A stretch of 64,000 nucleotides of DNA from a virus. The translations under genes and the position numbers were made by a program. Below are positions 32,701-43,304 of this stretch, piece after piece; within the stretch, counting starts at the first letter, position 1; each line of letters opens with the position of its first letter. The notes under the pieces were generated by a model. It had not been told where the DNA came from, searched no databases, and saw only the letters and a list, made by a program, of their open reading frames with translations. The stretch covers positions 1 to 64,000 of IMG/VR virus record IMGVR_UViG_3300008114_000040; one strand, 5' to 3'.

Positions 32701-34507
32701 GTATGGTTGTTTCTTCACAAGGACAGGCCTCACAATCAGGAAAGGACATCATAGGTAGTGCAATTCTTTTGAATGGATTTTCGTCGGGTAGTGGTTTAAT
32801 TGTTTTTTTATTACAACCACCTTTAGGTTTATTACCACCACTAAGTGCTGATATCGCTTTACATATACCATAAATTACAACATTTATTAACCAAATCAAA
32901 AGATCAATTATTAATTTCAATAATGGCCATATAAAAGCCAATACGTGTGCAATGATTATAAGTTGATATAAAATTGGTGTCAAAAGAGTAATCAACATAT
33001 TAAATAAGAAGAATAAGAAATCAAAGTTTCTTACACCGTCATTAACCGGAAACCTATTGTTTGTTGTTGTACATCTTCTATCGGTAATTTCTTTAATACC
33101 CAAGTGTCTACTTCTATTTGATCCCCATTTCCATCTATCAATAAAACTGGTGATGGTATAAACTTTATTAAAATTAAATTCATAAAACTTATCTTCACAA
33201 TTAATCGCTTCTTGAATCATTTGTGAACCTAATGTTGTTGTTAAGTCACCATAATCCACCCAGTCCAAACTAAACGCATATGAATATTTTTGAGCATTTA
33301 GATCAGTTGGTGAGTTTTGATTTGATAGGCTCCATCCCCATTCTTTTATGTTTGGGATTAAATAATCCGCTCTAAGTATTTGATTATTAATTCCATTCTC
33401 ATTTTGATATTGAATTCTAAACCTATATTTTCCTTTTGTTGGTATGCCAACACTTGGGTCATTTGAGAGTACTTGTTCACCGAATTCATTTGTAATGACA
33501 TAATCTAAATTCATCGGTACTTCTGTCAACCACGTTCCGTTTTCGTCAATAACTTTACCATTATCTGGTAAAGAAAATTGTTCAAGTACTGGTCTACCGT
33601 CCGAATCGTAAGCTATCGTTTGTCTTATTGCTAATATTCTACCTTCAGACGACACTAAGTCACATAAGTTACCAGTGTCTTTTTTTGGTTTACAATTTGT
33701 TTTTAAAAAGTCCTCATCGGCATTTGAAAAAATGGAGCCCATAAATATGGCGTGAGGTTTTATCTCAATACCTAAATCTCTTAAATCAAAATCCACTCGT
33801 GTAATACCAACTTCACAAAGTTCTGTTTCACCCCAAAATGAAGTGACGCTAACTTCTTTTTTTTGATTCACAATTTGTGGTAGTGAATCCAAATCGGTTG
33901 ACGATTTAAACCTATTTCCGTTGAACTGGCCGGACCCACCTCTACCTAAACTTATCAAATCTGAAGGTGAAAGTGAAAAACATCCGATGTTAGACAAATC
34001 AAGATCTAACATAACGACTTGTTGACCCAGAGGGACTCCTATAATCATAAAGTCACCACTCTCATTTGTTTTAACCGTGTATTTGTAGTATTTTTCATAC
34101 ACCTCTAAAACTTCCCTTCTGGTTAAAACATCTTCTCTATCGGGGAAGGTTCCGGTTGGTGTGTGACCTTGATAATCCTGTCTATAAGGTAATAAATTGT
34201 ATCTATAACCGTCTTCATTTTTTTGATCAACTGTTTTATATGGATATAATGTTGATATTACTGGGTCGTTCTCGTCTTCAGTTGTTAATGGAACAAAAAC
34301 AGACACATTTGCATTTGGTATACCATAACCCCCATTTGTTATAACCCTTCCGGCGATAACACCATAGTCGGCACAAAATCTAGTATATACGTCATCTTGT
34401 CTTAACTTTAAGGAAAGAATTTCCAAAAAATCAAAGTCTTGATTAACATTAATTCGTATGTTTTTATCCTCACCGGGTGTTGTTCTTATTCTATAGGTTT
34501 TGGTCAT
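29738..34507 (-). CDS. Large baseplate-associated protein with internal hydrophobic segment
   Basis: 1589 aa. N-terminal GVIAGRV...IPNANVSVF (carboxypeptidase-regulatory/transthyretin-like fold), a ~55-aa hydrophobic stretch and CEACPC. Confidence 0.6.
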   Translation of the reverse strand: MTKTYRIRTTPGEDKNIRINVNQDFDFLEILSLKLRQDDVYTRFCADYGVIAGRVITNGGYGIPNANVSVFVPLTTEDENDPVISTLYPYKTVDQKNEDGYRYNLLPYRQDYQGHTPTGTFPDREDVLTRREVLEVYEKYYKYTVKTNESGDFMIIGVPLGQQVVMLDLDLSNIGCFSLSPSDLISLGRGGSGQFNGNRFKSSTDLDSLPQIVNQKKEVSVTSFWGETELCEVGITRVDFDLRDLGIEIKPHAIFMGSIFSNADEDFLKTNCKPKKDTGNLCDLVSSEGRILAIRQTIAYDSDGRPVLEQFSLPDNGKVIDENGTWLTEVPMNLDYVITNEFGEQVLSNDPSVGIPTKGKYRFRIQYQNENGINNQILRADYLIPNIKEWGWSLSNQNSPTDLNAQKYSYAFSLDWVDYGDLTTTLGSQMIQEAINCEDKFYEFNFNKVYTITSFIDRWKWGSNRSRHLGIKEITDRRCTTTNNRFPVNDGVRNFDFLFFLFNMLITLLTPILYQLIIIAHVLAFIWPLLKLIIDLLIWLINVVIYGICKAISALSGGNKPKGGCNKKTIKPLPDENPFKRIALPMMSFPDCEACPCEETTIPPSTNQTSESLSTTIESENNILLGDINTIDSYNYSPPVNSSDPQATYEGIRQVLAGYPSGQFIKTPITEFPSVGGQKRLGYDVTLTQSMNLANLRQRYFDGENRIRTTINNSTPSQPFEDSVLVIFADPGTLNAFTSGDLISFTNPASITDPNLNVLTGTTQTSTNLVPKQVTWIDVNGLPQTSNIYIRVTGDTSTYKYTAGIEYFQVITGGTVSEYQTLLAPSGGLLNKYLFKKKQKFDFGLPTTSTYDVYPLQQIINYQTYEIIFLTRGVDPYTEKQTIKYDLSPLFGKTFGNGLIVEGEYYLNIPIRSNSGSGVWFNDQKTPQTHNITTNNLQSNLYNEPFGFNVNQTMFSAFTNNSPHYYNSTDKTQSTFKAYNTDTFTLGVFTSPDGVLSDTTFVGTLNTGPNTITFDQTNNILTQGNIEGGSLMASNTQQGSILNNSDFVRTFSPAYHNQSPSNIQINNSQLLVFRSDRLPTSDSTEIDGNNSFSLHLNSNFTYYTIQGVNDLNIPNNISNSTDSNGNSQDSQGDTPSQTSDVVLATLTCENMTLLDCYDGSGTNFTVLSPCDANPDGKRMKGGCYYLVDDPLIVSIIKDIKLLTEWKSRFRLVFGACRGIFSHVFQNNWVNGTLYMFAFKKQTIFDIVGQPKKYLFCGSYDSTYRPGQGPIYYTEGTTNSFFYRATPYDGTNFIGQIPKRATFGDPTLQPAGYGGMNERNIFFPTTVMDLGPKDEFTKEICTNPNFEGYYVDTLLSTSFKDTSDLLSLFFISRMINSNFWGQALGLGDASINKMFSRSEQRIDGDLAQLFSINSEYGVEGFDDDTYDDNDLYISNNSDIVMGVFFTSNTIDRKVVSPGVLTFNSSLSYTFGYPKTQEVPFYKWNLAGGNTIFGLDTNDWATNISNGGFYSQKYQDLSFDNSPISPYFNDTNGGRRGYIFNSSNGINNPQFPSGTQNSFIVGAPYHFYFGLNKGKSTINRYITKYILNQDE

Positions 34508-34583
34508 TTGCCTTTTAAAAATAAATAGTTATTTTAGTCTTTTATTAAAAAAACTAAGTCACATAACCAGAAAATAAAGGATA

Positions 34584-36422
34584 TTAAGAGAAGTCTACCG
34601 TTCTTAATTGTTTTACTCTGACATTGATGTCCCTACTATCAAATCTAACTTGGTATATTTGGTCTGGTTCGGCAAAAATAGTATCATCAATTAATTCAAT
34701 TTCTCTTGTTTCTTTATCAATGTATCTTTGGGATGTTTGAGACGATGAATATTGACCGCCAACCCTATTATACACTTTAAGATCAGACAATGTAATTACA
34801 CCTGCCGTGTTTTGAATTAATCTACGAACATCTGAAACATTTAAGTTTTGACCCAAATCCCGATTGGTTGGTCTCATATAGTTTGATATTTGGTCAATCA
34901 CTTCGGTTATAATTTGACTTTGTGAGGTATTGTTCTCAATCACAATTGAAATTTCAAATTCCAAATCAATAACTTTTGCAACATCAATTGATATATAATC
35001 ATTTACCATTCTATACTTTGATAGGTAGGTTGCCAGATTTTGTTTTAAGGTATTGGCCACATTTTGAGTTAAGTTACCATCAGAATCATATGATAGGATT
35101 TGGACGACAACTTTATTATTATTTTCAGTAATCGCAACTTTAGCTGGTGCTCCAAATTTTCCGGGCATTGTATCAATTAAAGATTTGTAATCATTAACAG
35201 TTACTGCTCGTTTTTGTGCAGCAAAGTTGAAAGCCACCATATTTCTAACTTCTTCAGTTGTTGGTGGATTAGCACCACCTACCGCTGAGGTCACGTTATT
35301 AACCTTTAATGATCTTATAACATTTGAATTAATGGTATCCGATGGTCCATTAACAACCATATCAATAGTACCAATTTGATTGATGGCACCAACACCAACA
35401 TTTGATGAAATACCACCACCAATCCTATATTGAATAAACAATGTTGTATTTGGTGTCACTGTCAATCCTAAACCAATATTATTTTGATAGTTTTGTATAT
35501 TTAAAGGTACACCTAATTGAGCGAAATTCTGAAGTTGTTGATTTGGTGTTGTCGTACCACCACCAAATTGTATTTTCATATACCCTTCCGGAGTATATTC
35601 AGTTATAAATCTATTGTCGGTTTTTAAATACCTACCAACTTTAAGTCCCGCCAAATCAATTGGTTTTGTTGGGTCCTCAATAAAAACGGTATCTTCGGCC
35701 AACGCATCAACTTCATACCATTTGTTTTGTGATGTAACAAATTCTGAACTAGGAGGTGTTGATTGGTATTGGGTACCATCTTTTTGAATGATAGCCGTAA
35801 CACCCAAAACATTTTTTTCTGGTAAAAAGAAATTGAAAAATGGTACAACATCATTTGGGTATACCACTCTTTTAAATACCTTTGTTACACCATTAACCAC
35901 CACTTCTCTTTTTGTTATTGTATAACCAACAATTTTATTTGTATTGTCAAAAATTGGGATTTTAGTTCTATTTACAAATCCTTCGTTGTTATATTGTGTT
36001 GAAAAATCAACATCGTATACGGTTTCAAACGTTTGACCCCCGCCATTAAATTGTGCTCCAGATCTTAAAATTCCCAAATATCTTGTATCTTCACTGTCAC
36101 CAAAAGCAGGAACCTGAATGGATATATCAGCTAGAGCAACTGAAGGTCTAAATCCGGGTATTTTCAGACCATAAGTTCTCGCAATATTATAAATTGATGA
36201 CCTTTGTTGTGCATATTGAAGAACGGTCTCCTGTATACTTCTATCAATGTGGAAATGTAAGTTATCACCAATGGCCGCGTTTAAGTCCATTAAAACTGAA
36301 AAAATGGACGCGTCGTTGAAATTTTGAACGACTTCTGGGTAGTATTGTTGAGCATAATTTATTAAATCTTGTCTCAGACTTTCAAAATCCCTACTCGTAT
36401 AATTAATTTTGTTCGTTGCCAT
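34584..36422 (-). CDS. Baseplate wedge subunit (T4 gp6 / baseplate J-like)
   Basis: INYTSRDFESLRQDL, AQQRSSIYNIARTYG, YRIGGGISSNVG, AVGGAN and QKRAVTVNDY. Confidence 0.9.
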   Translation of the reverse strand: MATNKINYTSRDFESLRQDLINYAQQYYPEVVQNFNDASIFSVLMDLNAAIGDNLHFHIDRSIQETVLQYAQQRSSIYNIARTYGLKIPGFRPSVALADISIQVPAFGDSEDTRYLGILRSGAQFNGGGQTFETVYDVDFSTQYNNEGFVNRTKIPIFDNTNKIVGYTITKREVVVNGVTKVFKRVVYPNDVVPFFNFFLPEKNVLGVTAIIQKDGTQYQSTPPSSEFVTSQNKWYEVDALAEDTVFIEDPTKPIDLAGLKVGRYLKTDNRFITEYTPEGYMKIQFGGGTTTPNQQLQNFAQLGVPLNIQNYQNNIGLGLTVTPNTTLFIQYRIGGGISSNVGVGAINQIGTIDMVVNGPSDTINSNVIRSLKVNNVTSAVGGANPPTTEEVRNMVAFNFAAQKRAVTVNDYKSLIDTMPGKFGAPAKVAITENNNKVVVQILSYDSDGNLTQNVANTLKQNLATYLSKYRMVNDYISIDVAKVIDLEFEISIVIENNTSQSQIITEVIDQISNYMRPTNRDLGQNLNVSDVRRLIQNTAGVITLSDLKVYNRVGGQYSSSQTSQRYIDKETREIELIDDTIFAEPDQIYQVRFDSRDINVRVKQLRTVDFS

Positions 36423-36423
36423 A

Positions 36424-36888
36424 TTATATATTAATTATTATAAATTCTCTTGACCCAAAAGCATTATTATTGTTTGTATAGTCAATTCTTAATTTTGCGG
36501 TGTACTCTTCCGTACTAGCACCAGGTACTCTATATATATCACTTGTCCCCAATAAGTCAGTATTTAATTCGTCCGGGGCTTCATCTGATTGTAAATATGG
36601 TGTAACTGATATGTTGTTAATTATTAAATTTGGTATATATTTATCTACTTGTTCTTGAATTTCAGCTTTGATTCCTTCAAAGGTCTCACCATCAAAAGGG
36701 TCAAAAATAAATTCATAAATTCTGGTCCCGAAATCCGGTAAATAATACCTACTACCTTTTCTTGTTAAAATCAAGTGTAGTAAGTTTGATCTTATTTCTT
36801 CATCTGTTGTTTCCGACAATGAAAAATAATAACCAAGCGGATTGTTCCTAAAAGGAAAATTAACACCATATGTTGTTCCATTTGCCAT
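36424..36888 (-). CDS. Baseplate wedge / sheath initiator (T4 gp25-like)
   Basis: GVNFPF...IRSNLLHLILTRKGSRYYLPDFGTRIYEFIFDP. Confidence 0.9.
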   Translation of the reverse strand: MANGTTYGVNFPFRNNPLGYYFSLSETTDEEIRSNLLHLILTRKGSRYYLPDFGTRIYEFIFDPFDGETFEGIKAEIQEQVDKYIPNLIINNISVTPYLQSDEAPDELNTDLLGTSDIYRVPGASTEEYTAKLRIDYTNNNNAFGSREFIIINI

Positions 36889-36925
36889 ATTATAATAAAT
36901 ATAATGTGGTACACTTTTCTTTTAA

Positions 36926-36952
36926 ATAAAAAATCCCAACTAGATTGGGACT
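36926..36952 (-). terminator. Rho-independent terminator after nrdA
   Basis: Minus strand TCCCAA-TCTAG-TTGGGA followed by TTTTTTATTT. Confidence 0.75.
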
Positions 36953-36959
36953 TAATTTT

Positions 36960-39389
36960 TTATGATGAACAACCAAAACAATCAAAATCAGAATCATTTG
37001 GTTTTGGTGGTAAGTTCATATATGAGTAATCCACTTTAACAGGTTCTGGTGTTGTTTTTGGTTTTTCCTTTTTACTGATGTCAACTGCCAAGTGTTTTGC
37101 ACCAGTTGATATCGCTCTTGTTCTCACATAATAACATAAAGTTTTTAAACCTTTTTCCCAAGCATGGAAATGTGATGATGTTATTTTTGATAAAGTCGGA
37201 TTGGCCATATAGATATTCATTGATTGTGATTGATCAATAAATGGTGCCCTATCAGTTGCCATATCAATAAGTTGTTTTTGTGAAATCTCCCAAATTGTTT
37301 TATATTTAGGAATTAAATGTTCAATTCGTTTCACTTTTTTAAGATAGTTTTTATCTTCCGGATCCAAATAGTTATTGAAATTAATATTCTGAATTGACCC
37401 TTCATTAATAATAATTTCATTTTTTAAGTCCTCACACCAGATTCCAATTTTTTCAAAATCATTAATAAGATACTTATTTACAATTAAAATCTCACCCCCA
37501 ACTACTCGTCTATTAAATAGAGCAGAATGTGCTGGTTCCGTCATCTCAAATGAACCGGTTACCTTAGCGGAACTTGCTACGGGCATTTGTGCCGTAAATA
37601 GGGAATTACAAATCCCATATTCTTTTACACTATCTTTTAGATTATTCCAATCCCACATACCAGATAAATTAGACTCATTTAACCCCCACATATCATATTG
37701 GAATATACCTTGTGACATTGGTGAATTATTAAAGTAAGTGTACGGTTCGTATTTTCCTTCTCTACACAATTGATTACTTTCATATATTGCAGCATAATAA
37801 ATTGTTTCAAAAATATCTTTATTCAATTTTTTTGCTTCATCAGATGTAAAAATATAATCCATTAAATAAAATACGTCCGCCAAACCTTGCGTCCCAATAG
37901 CGATAGCTCTTTGTTCTAAACCACCTTTTCTCCCTTTTTCAGTTGAGTAATTATTAATGTTAATAACCTTATTTAAGGCTCTTACCACTTTTCTAACTTC
38001 AGTAAATAATGATTCAAAATTGAATTTTCCATTTTCAACAAAGTTTTTCAGTACCATAGATGAAAGAGTACAGATGGCTGTAGTTGTCTCATCCGTAAAT
38101 TGATAAATTTCGTTACAAAGATTACTTTGTTTTATTACCCCAATATTTTGGTGATTAGTTTTTTTGTTAGCATTATCTTTTGAACATAAATAAGGTACCC
38201 CCGTCTCCACTTGTGATTCAATGATTTTAGTCCATATGGTTTGAGCTGAAACCTTTTTACCGATACTTAACCTTACCGCTTCATTATAAACTTCTTCATA
38301 TTCATCACCATAACAATTTTGTAGTGGTTTTAAACCGGCTTTAATTATATCATTTGGACAAAACAAATACCAGTCACTATTATTTTTTACGGCTCTCATA
38401 AAATTATCTGGAATCCAAATTGCGGTAAATAAGTCACGAGCTCTTAACTCTTCTGCGCCTGTATTTTTTTTGATATCTAAAAGATCAATAATATCTCTAT
38501 GCCAAGGTTCAATATAGATCGCAGCACTTCCAGGTCTCCTCCCTTGTTGGTTGAAGTATCTTAGTGATTCATTTACAATTTTTAAATACTTCAACAACCC
38601 ACCGGCATAACCACCAGATGATGATATTCTACTTTCTTTACTTCTAATGTTTGACATTGAAAGCCCGATCCCAGCAGCATCAGATGAAAATGTTGAAATA
38701 TCATTTAATGTGCCTAGTAAACCGTCTCTTGAATCTGAATTATTATAGTGTAACACACACGAAGCTAATTGAGGTACTTTCGTACCAGCATTAATCATAA
38801 TAGGTGTTGCTTTTGAGATAAGTTGTGTGGATAGTGATTTATAATACTCAGCAGCTTCACTAAATGAATCAGTAACCCATAGTGCGACCCGCATATACAT
38901 ATGTTGTGGACGCTCAATTACCTGACCATTAGGTCTTTTTAATAGATACATTTCTTGAAGTGACCTCCAAGCAAAATAATCAAAATTATAATCATTATCA
39001 TGGTTGATTACCATATCAATTGTATCATCACCATACTCATCAATAATTTGAATTAATTTTTCATTAACCACACCATCTTGGTGTAATAACCTCATTGTTT
39101 TAGAAAAACTATCATCCGTTTCTTTATGGTAAGATGAAATTGCGACTGATGACGCTAATCTGGAATAATCATAATGACTACCAGTATAAGCTGCGGCAAT
39201 TTCATAAATGAGTTTATCTAACTCCTTTGTTGTTATTTCACCTTCTGTTGGTACAGATGTGATAACCTTAATAAAAATCTCATCGGAGTTAACATTCAAC
39301 CCTTTTGCTGCTCTTTTAACTCTGTTATAAATTTTTTGTGGATTAAATGATGCACTTTCCCCACCTCTTTTAATTATTTTTAATGGCAT
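36960..39389 (-). CDS. nrdA: Ribonucleotide reductase class Ia alpha subunit with ATP cone
   Basis: N-terminal ATP cone, ERPQH, ATPIMINAG, QLASC, RPGSAAIYIEPWH, SNLCNEI, QMPVASSA, DQSQS, KTLCYY and C-terminal CFGCSS. Confidence 0.97.
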   Translation of the reverse strand: MPLKIIKRGGESASFNPQKIYNRVKRAAKGLNVNSDEIFIKVITSVPTEGEITTKELDKLIYEIAAAYTGSHYDYSRLASSVAISSYHKETDDSFSKTMRLLHQDGVVNEKLIQIIDEYGDDTIDMVINHDNDYNFDYFAWRSLQEMYLLKRPNGQVIERPQHMYMRVALWVTDSFSEAAEYYKSLSTQLISKATPIMINAGTKVPQLASCVLHYNNSDSRDGLLGTLNDISTFSSDAAGIGLSMSNIRSKESRISSSGGYAGGLLKYLKIVNESLRYFNQQGRRPGSAAIYIEPWHRDIIDLLDIKKNTGAEELRARDLFTAIWIPDNFMRAVKNNSDWYLFCPNDIIKAGLKPLQNCYGDEYEEVYNEAVRLSIGKKVSAQTIWTKIIESQVETGVPYLCSKDNANKKTNHQNIGVIKQSNLCNEIYQFTDETTTAICTLSSMVLKNFVENGKFNFESLFTEVRKVVRALNKVININNYSTEKGRKGGLEQRAIAIGTQGLADVFYLMDYIFTSDEAKKLNKDIFETIYYAAIYESNQLCREGKYEPYTYFNNSPMSQGIFQYDMWGLNESNLSGMWDWNNLKDSVKEYGICNSLFTAQMPVASSAKVTGSFEMTEPAHSALFNRRVVGGEILIVNKYLINDFEKIGIWCEDLKNEIIINEGSIQNINFNNYLDPEDKNYLKKVKRIEHLIPKYKTIWEISQKQLIDMATDRAPFIDQSQSMNIYMANPTLSKITSSHFHAWEKGLKTLCYYVRTRAISTGAKHLAVDISKKEKPKTTPEPVKVDYSYMNLPPKPNDSDFDCFGCSS

Positions 39390-39399
39390 ATCTATTATT

Positions 39400-40347
39400 T
39401 TAAAAATCGTCAGTAAACGTTATTGTTTCATTTAACTTGGCTTTTTGGTACTCAACCGTTCTTGATTCAAAAAAGTTACCTTTTGTTTCAACGGCAATTT
39501 GTTCCATAAATTTAAATGGTTGTTCAACATTGAACTCTTTACTACAACCCATTTTCATAAGTAACCCATCAACAACAAATTCCAAATATTGTTTCATTAA
39601 GTTTGAATTCATACCAATTAACGATACCGGTAATGATTCGGTGATAAATTCCTTTTCTATTTCAAGTGCGGAAAGTAAAATCTCTCTAATCTTCTTTTCG
39701 GATGGTTTGTTTTCCAAATGATTATTTAACAAATGAATTGCAAAATCACAATGAAGATTTTCATCTTTAAAAATTAAAGAGTTTGCATTACACAAACCTT
39801 GCATAATACCACGAGACTTTAACCAGAAGATTGAACAAAAGGAACCGGAGAAAAATATACCTTCAACGGCAGCAAAAGCAACTAATCTTTCAGCAAAAGA
39901 TGCGTTCTCAATCCAATCAAGAGCCCACTTCGCTTTCTTTTGTACAGCAGGCAGTCTGTCAATAGCATTAAAACATTCGTCCTTTTCTTTTGGGTCATTA
40001 ATGTATGTATCAATTAATAATGAATACATTAAAGAGTGAATATTTTCCATAGCCAACTGAAATCCATAAAAGAACTTAGCTTCTGGGTATTGTACTTCCC
40101 TATAAAAATTTTCCGCTAGGTTCTCATTTACAATACCATCTGATGCGGCAAAAAATGATAGAACATTTTTAATGAAATATTGTTCATTTTCAGTCAAAGA
40201 TTCCCAATCTCTGATATCGTTTGTCAAGTCTATCTCCTCTGCAGTCCAAAACGCCGCTTGATGTTGTTTGTAGTATTCCCAAATATCGTTGTATTGGATT
40301 GGGAAAATTACAAATCGTCCAGGATTTTCTGTTAATATTTTTTCCAT
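39400..40347 (-). CDS. nrdB: Ribonucleotide reductase class Ia beta subunit
   Basis: [46 protein letters not shown] and NFFE..V.EY. Confidence 0.97.
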   Translation of the reverse strand: MEKILTENPGRFVIFPIQYNDIWEYYKQHQAAFWTAEEIDLTNDIRDWESLTENEQYFIKNVLSFFAASDGIVNENLAENFYREVQYPEAKFFYGFQLAMENIHSLMYSLLIDTYINDPKEKDECFNAIDRLPAVQKKAKWALDWIENASFAERLVAFAAVEGIFFSGSFCSIFWLKSRGIMQGLCNANSLIFKDENLHCDFAIHLLNNHLENKPSEKKIREILLSALEIEKEFITESLPVSLIGMNSNLMKQYLEFVVDGLLMKMGCSKEFNVEQPFKFMEQIAVETKGNFFESRTVEYQKAKLNETITFTDDF

Positions 40348-40360
40348 AATAAATTTTAAT

Positions 40361-42811
40361 TTAATTGTTTTCTGATTGTTGTTCTTTTAACTTCTTTTTT
40401 TCCAACAGTTCTTTAATTCTGTTCCTATTCTTTTCTTCTTTTTGTTCTTCGTGACCTAGAAACGTCACACTTTGTTCTGTATCAATTTCCAACATTCCGT
40501 TGTCAAACTTACAATTTTCAAACACAATACCATCTTTACCAATTCTGGATTTTGTGATTGCAATTGTCGCCAAATTCATTTCTTTTTGTTGTAATGATTT
40601 TGCAACCGTAATAATGACGTGGGCAACTTGTGCTTTCTTAATAGATCCACCCATTTGATCAGTTGTTACAACATCAGATGAGATTGAACTTCTTGAACCT
40701 TGGGTGGCCGTCCATCCCGCAATATCAAGTTCATGACACATTGATTCAAAACCTCTCATTACTGAACCCTCACTTTTCCATTCGTCGCCCAAGTTTTTAT
40801 CCGGAACAACACAATCAATATAATCCAAAATAAGCAAATCAATCTTTGTTCCTTCGGCCATCATTTTTCTTATCTGAGTTTTAATCTGATTCATTGTTAC
40901 CGTATCTGATGGTAATTTTTTCATAATCAACTTATTCTTTCTTGTTGATTGGATGTGTTTAACTTTTGCCATAACTTCCTCTCTATTTTCAGAAAGTTCG
41001 TCCGGATGAATTCCAGTCCAAAGTGTCATATGTTTTCTTTGAATAATTTTTGCATTGTCCTCAAAGAAAATCTGAAGTACATTATACCCCAAATTAAAGG
41101 CGTGATTGGCAATTTTTGTGGTGAAGGTCGTGTTATGTGTTAAAACATAATCTCTGGTTACATACAAGCAATCTGGGTTTGATACTTTAATACAAACCGC
41201 TTCTTCATCGTGTGTGTGACTTATTGACTTAACATACTTTTGTTCAACATATTTTGTTCTTTTATAATACCTACTAACTTTTCTCATTAGTTTAAATGGT
41301 ACAACATCATTAGCAAAGGAAATTGTAACATTATAAGTTAGTTGACCTTGTTTTTTCTCACCATTGATTCTATAAGTTGGTATTTTTGTTTTAACTCTAA
41401 CAGTACCACCTAAAGATAATACAAGTTCTCTAACATCCTCACTAAGTTGTTTTGATATGGTTGTAAATTGAACCAATCCTTTTTTAGCTACGTACCCATC
41501 AGTGTCCATCAAACCGCGAAGTATTTCAATTCTGTTGTCCAATGAATTATACAAATAATCTTTTGGTATGAATTTGTTGTTTGATTTCATTCCCTTCAAA
41601 CCATATGTTTCCAATTTTTTGGCAACATCACTTTTCAATCTAATTACCTTGATTGTTTTTTCATTGGTTTTGGTATATTCTGTAAAGGCGGTATGTTCTG
41701 ACAAATGTGAAATATTTTCAAACAACTCATCATCTTTTGTTGAAATAATGGGGTTACTTTGATTTAAATAACCATCACCCAACAATAACCCCATAAGGTA
41801 TGGATCAATAGTTACTTCTTTTTGTTCAAACTCAATTGGGGCAACCACTGGAAGTCTATAATTGTATCTACCTCTTTTTTTGATGTCATTTACCATATCC
41901 AAGGTTTTAACAACTTTGTATCCAAAATTAGGTGAATAAGTGTTTTTTCCTTTAACTCTTACCTTTCTGGTTCTCATATTAAGTGTGTTTACACTCCACA
42001 AATGTTCAGCGTCACAATTGGAAAATGTCCCATCACTAAACTCAACTTTATAGATCGGTCTGATACCTTGGGGGTACACCCCCAATACATATTGTTCTTT
42101 ACCATCGGAACCAATAACTTTATCACCCACTTTTAGATCGCCCATTTTGGTCCAACCTTTTGGTGTTAAAACCGGTTCAGAAATTGGATTAGCTTTTCCC
42201 GTTCCGGTAGGGGCCAAAAATACCCCAATTTCACCCTTAGCCAAACCACCCTTTAAAAGGTTATCAATACCTGGAATTCCAAGTGGAATTGGGTGTCTAA
42301 AATCATCATCCAAAACCTCATCCAAGTTAAAAAATACATCCATTGTACCTTTGTCAACTTCACCAACTTGAAGGGCCCCTCTGACCATTTCTTCCAGTTT
42401 ATCATAACTTTCAAAATCTCCCTTATCAATTATTGATTGGGCTTTGGTCATAACTTTTTGAAGTTCTTGTTGTTTACAGAATTTAAGTGATTTTTCTTGA
42501 ACAAAAATGGATCCTTCATCTGATACATTCTTTACTTGGTCCAAGGTGTCCAAAACACTTTTTTGGGCCATCGGTGAACTAATTTCAGATTTGGTTAATT
42601 GTTCCAGAGTGTCAAACGTTGGTGTATGTTCATACTTTGAATAATATTCCTTAATCATCTGACAAATGATTTTGAAATATTGGTTATCAAAATAATTTGG
42701 TTCAATAACTTCAATGATGGAATTGGAAAAATCCTTATAAATTATAATGTTATTTAATAGTTGAATCTGAAAGGTGTTTCCTAAGTATCCGAAGTTTTTT
42801 TTGTCTGACAT
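40361..42811 (-). CDS. dnaB: Replicative DNA helicase (DnaB / T4 gp41 family) containing an intein
   Basis: [10 protein letters not shown], Walker A APTGTGK|TT interrupted by the intein, LILDYID, WTATQ and KSRIG. Confidence 0.92.
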   Translation of the reverse strand: MSDKKNFGYLGNTFQIQLLNNIIIYKDFSNSIIEVIEPNYFDNQYFKIICQMIKEYYSKYEHTPTFDTLEQLTKSEISSPMAQKSVLDTLDQVKNVSDEGSIFVQEKSLKFCKQQELQKVMTKAQSIIDKGDFESYDKLEEMVRGALQVGEVDKGTMDVFFNLDEVLDDDFRHPIPLGIPGIDNLLKGGLAKGEIGVFLAPTGTGKANPISEPVLTPKGWTKMGDLKVGDKVIGSDGKEQYVLGVYPQGIRPIYKVEFSDGTFSNCDAEHLWSVNTLNMRTRKVRVKGKNTYSPNFGYKVVKTLDMVNDIKKRGRYNYRLPVVAPIEFEQKEVTIDPYLMGLLLGDGYLNQSNPIISTKDDELFENISHLSEHTAFTEYTKTNEKTIKVIRLKSDVAKKLETYGLKGMKSNNKFIPKDYLYNSLDNRIEILRGLMDTDGYVAKKGLVQFTTISKQLSEDVRELVLSLGGTVRVKTKIPTYRINGEKKQGQLTYNVTISFANDVVPFKLMRKVSRYYKRTKYVEQKYVKSISHTHDEEAVCIKVSNPDCLYVTRDYVLTHNTTFTTKIANHAFNLGYNVLQIFFEDNAKIIQRKHMTLWTGIHPDELSENREEVMAKVKHIQSTRKNKLIMKKLPSDTVTMNQIKTQIRKMMAEGTKIDLLILDYIDCVVPDKNLGDEWKSEGSVMRGFESMCHELDIAGWTATQGSRSSISSDVVTTDQMGGSIKKAQVAHVIITVAKSLQQKEMNLATIAITKSRIGKDGIVFENCKFDNGMLEIDTEQSVTFLGHEEQKEEKNRNRIKELLEKKKLKEQQSENN
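41132..42193 (-). mobile_element. Intein with LAGLIDADG homing endonuclease (354 aa), class 3 signature
   Basis: Starts [13 protein letters not shown] and ends VLTHN|T. Block B EHLW, block F AVCIKV. LAGLIDADG motifs LMGLLLGDG and LRGLMDTDG. Confidence 0.92.
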
Positions 42812-42847
42812 ATTGATTAATTTCTAGGTTTGTAAAAATAAATATAG

Positions 42848-43300
42848 TTAAGCAAACGAATAATTTAGATATTCATAAGATAAATTTTTACCTGAAAAAA
42901 TGTCAGTTAGGTCTTTTAGAATGTTTTTTATGTCTGGTCGTACATCTAGGGTATATCTGACCTTCGGAGGGTATACTTTTGCATCAATGGTTCTATGACA
43001 AATTGTCTGATTTCCCACCTTTAAAATAACGTTAAATACTTCCGGTCCGTCCGTATTTGATGTGTTTAATACACTTGGATCTTCTTCAATTTGGTATTTG
43101 TTATCCAACATATAAACCAAACACTTTTTTCTCAATTTTGTTTTAAGTTGTTCTGACAAATCTTTAATGTATTCATAAAGTTCAACGGAGTTTTGTGCGT
43201 TCTCGTTGAAGTTTTTAACATTAAAGAAACGTTGTACAACAAAATTGTTGTTTAGTGTAATTAGAAATTCAACCTTCGTGAAATCATACTGCTCTTTCAT
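42848..43300 (-). CDS. Hypothetical protein in replication block
   Basis: 150-aa ORF between the exonuclease and helicase. Confidence 0.65.
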   Translation of the reverse strand: MKEQYDFTKVEFLITLNNNFVVQRFFNVKNFNENAQNSVELYEYIKDLSEQLKTKLRKKCLVYMLDNKYQIEEDPSVLNTSNTDGPEVFNVILKVGNQTICHRTIDAKVYPPKVRYTLDVRPDIKNILKDLTDIFSGKNLSYEYLNYSFA

Positions 43301-43304
43301 AATC

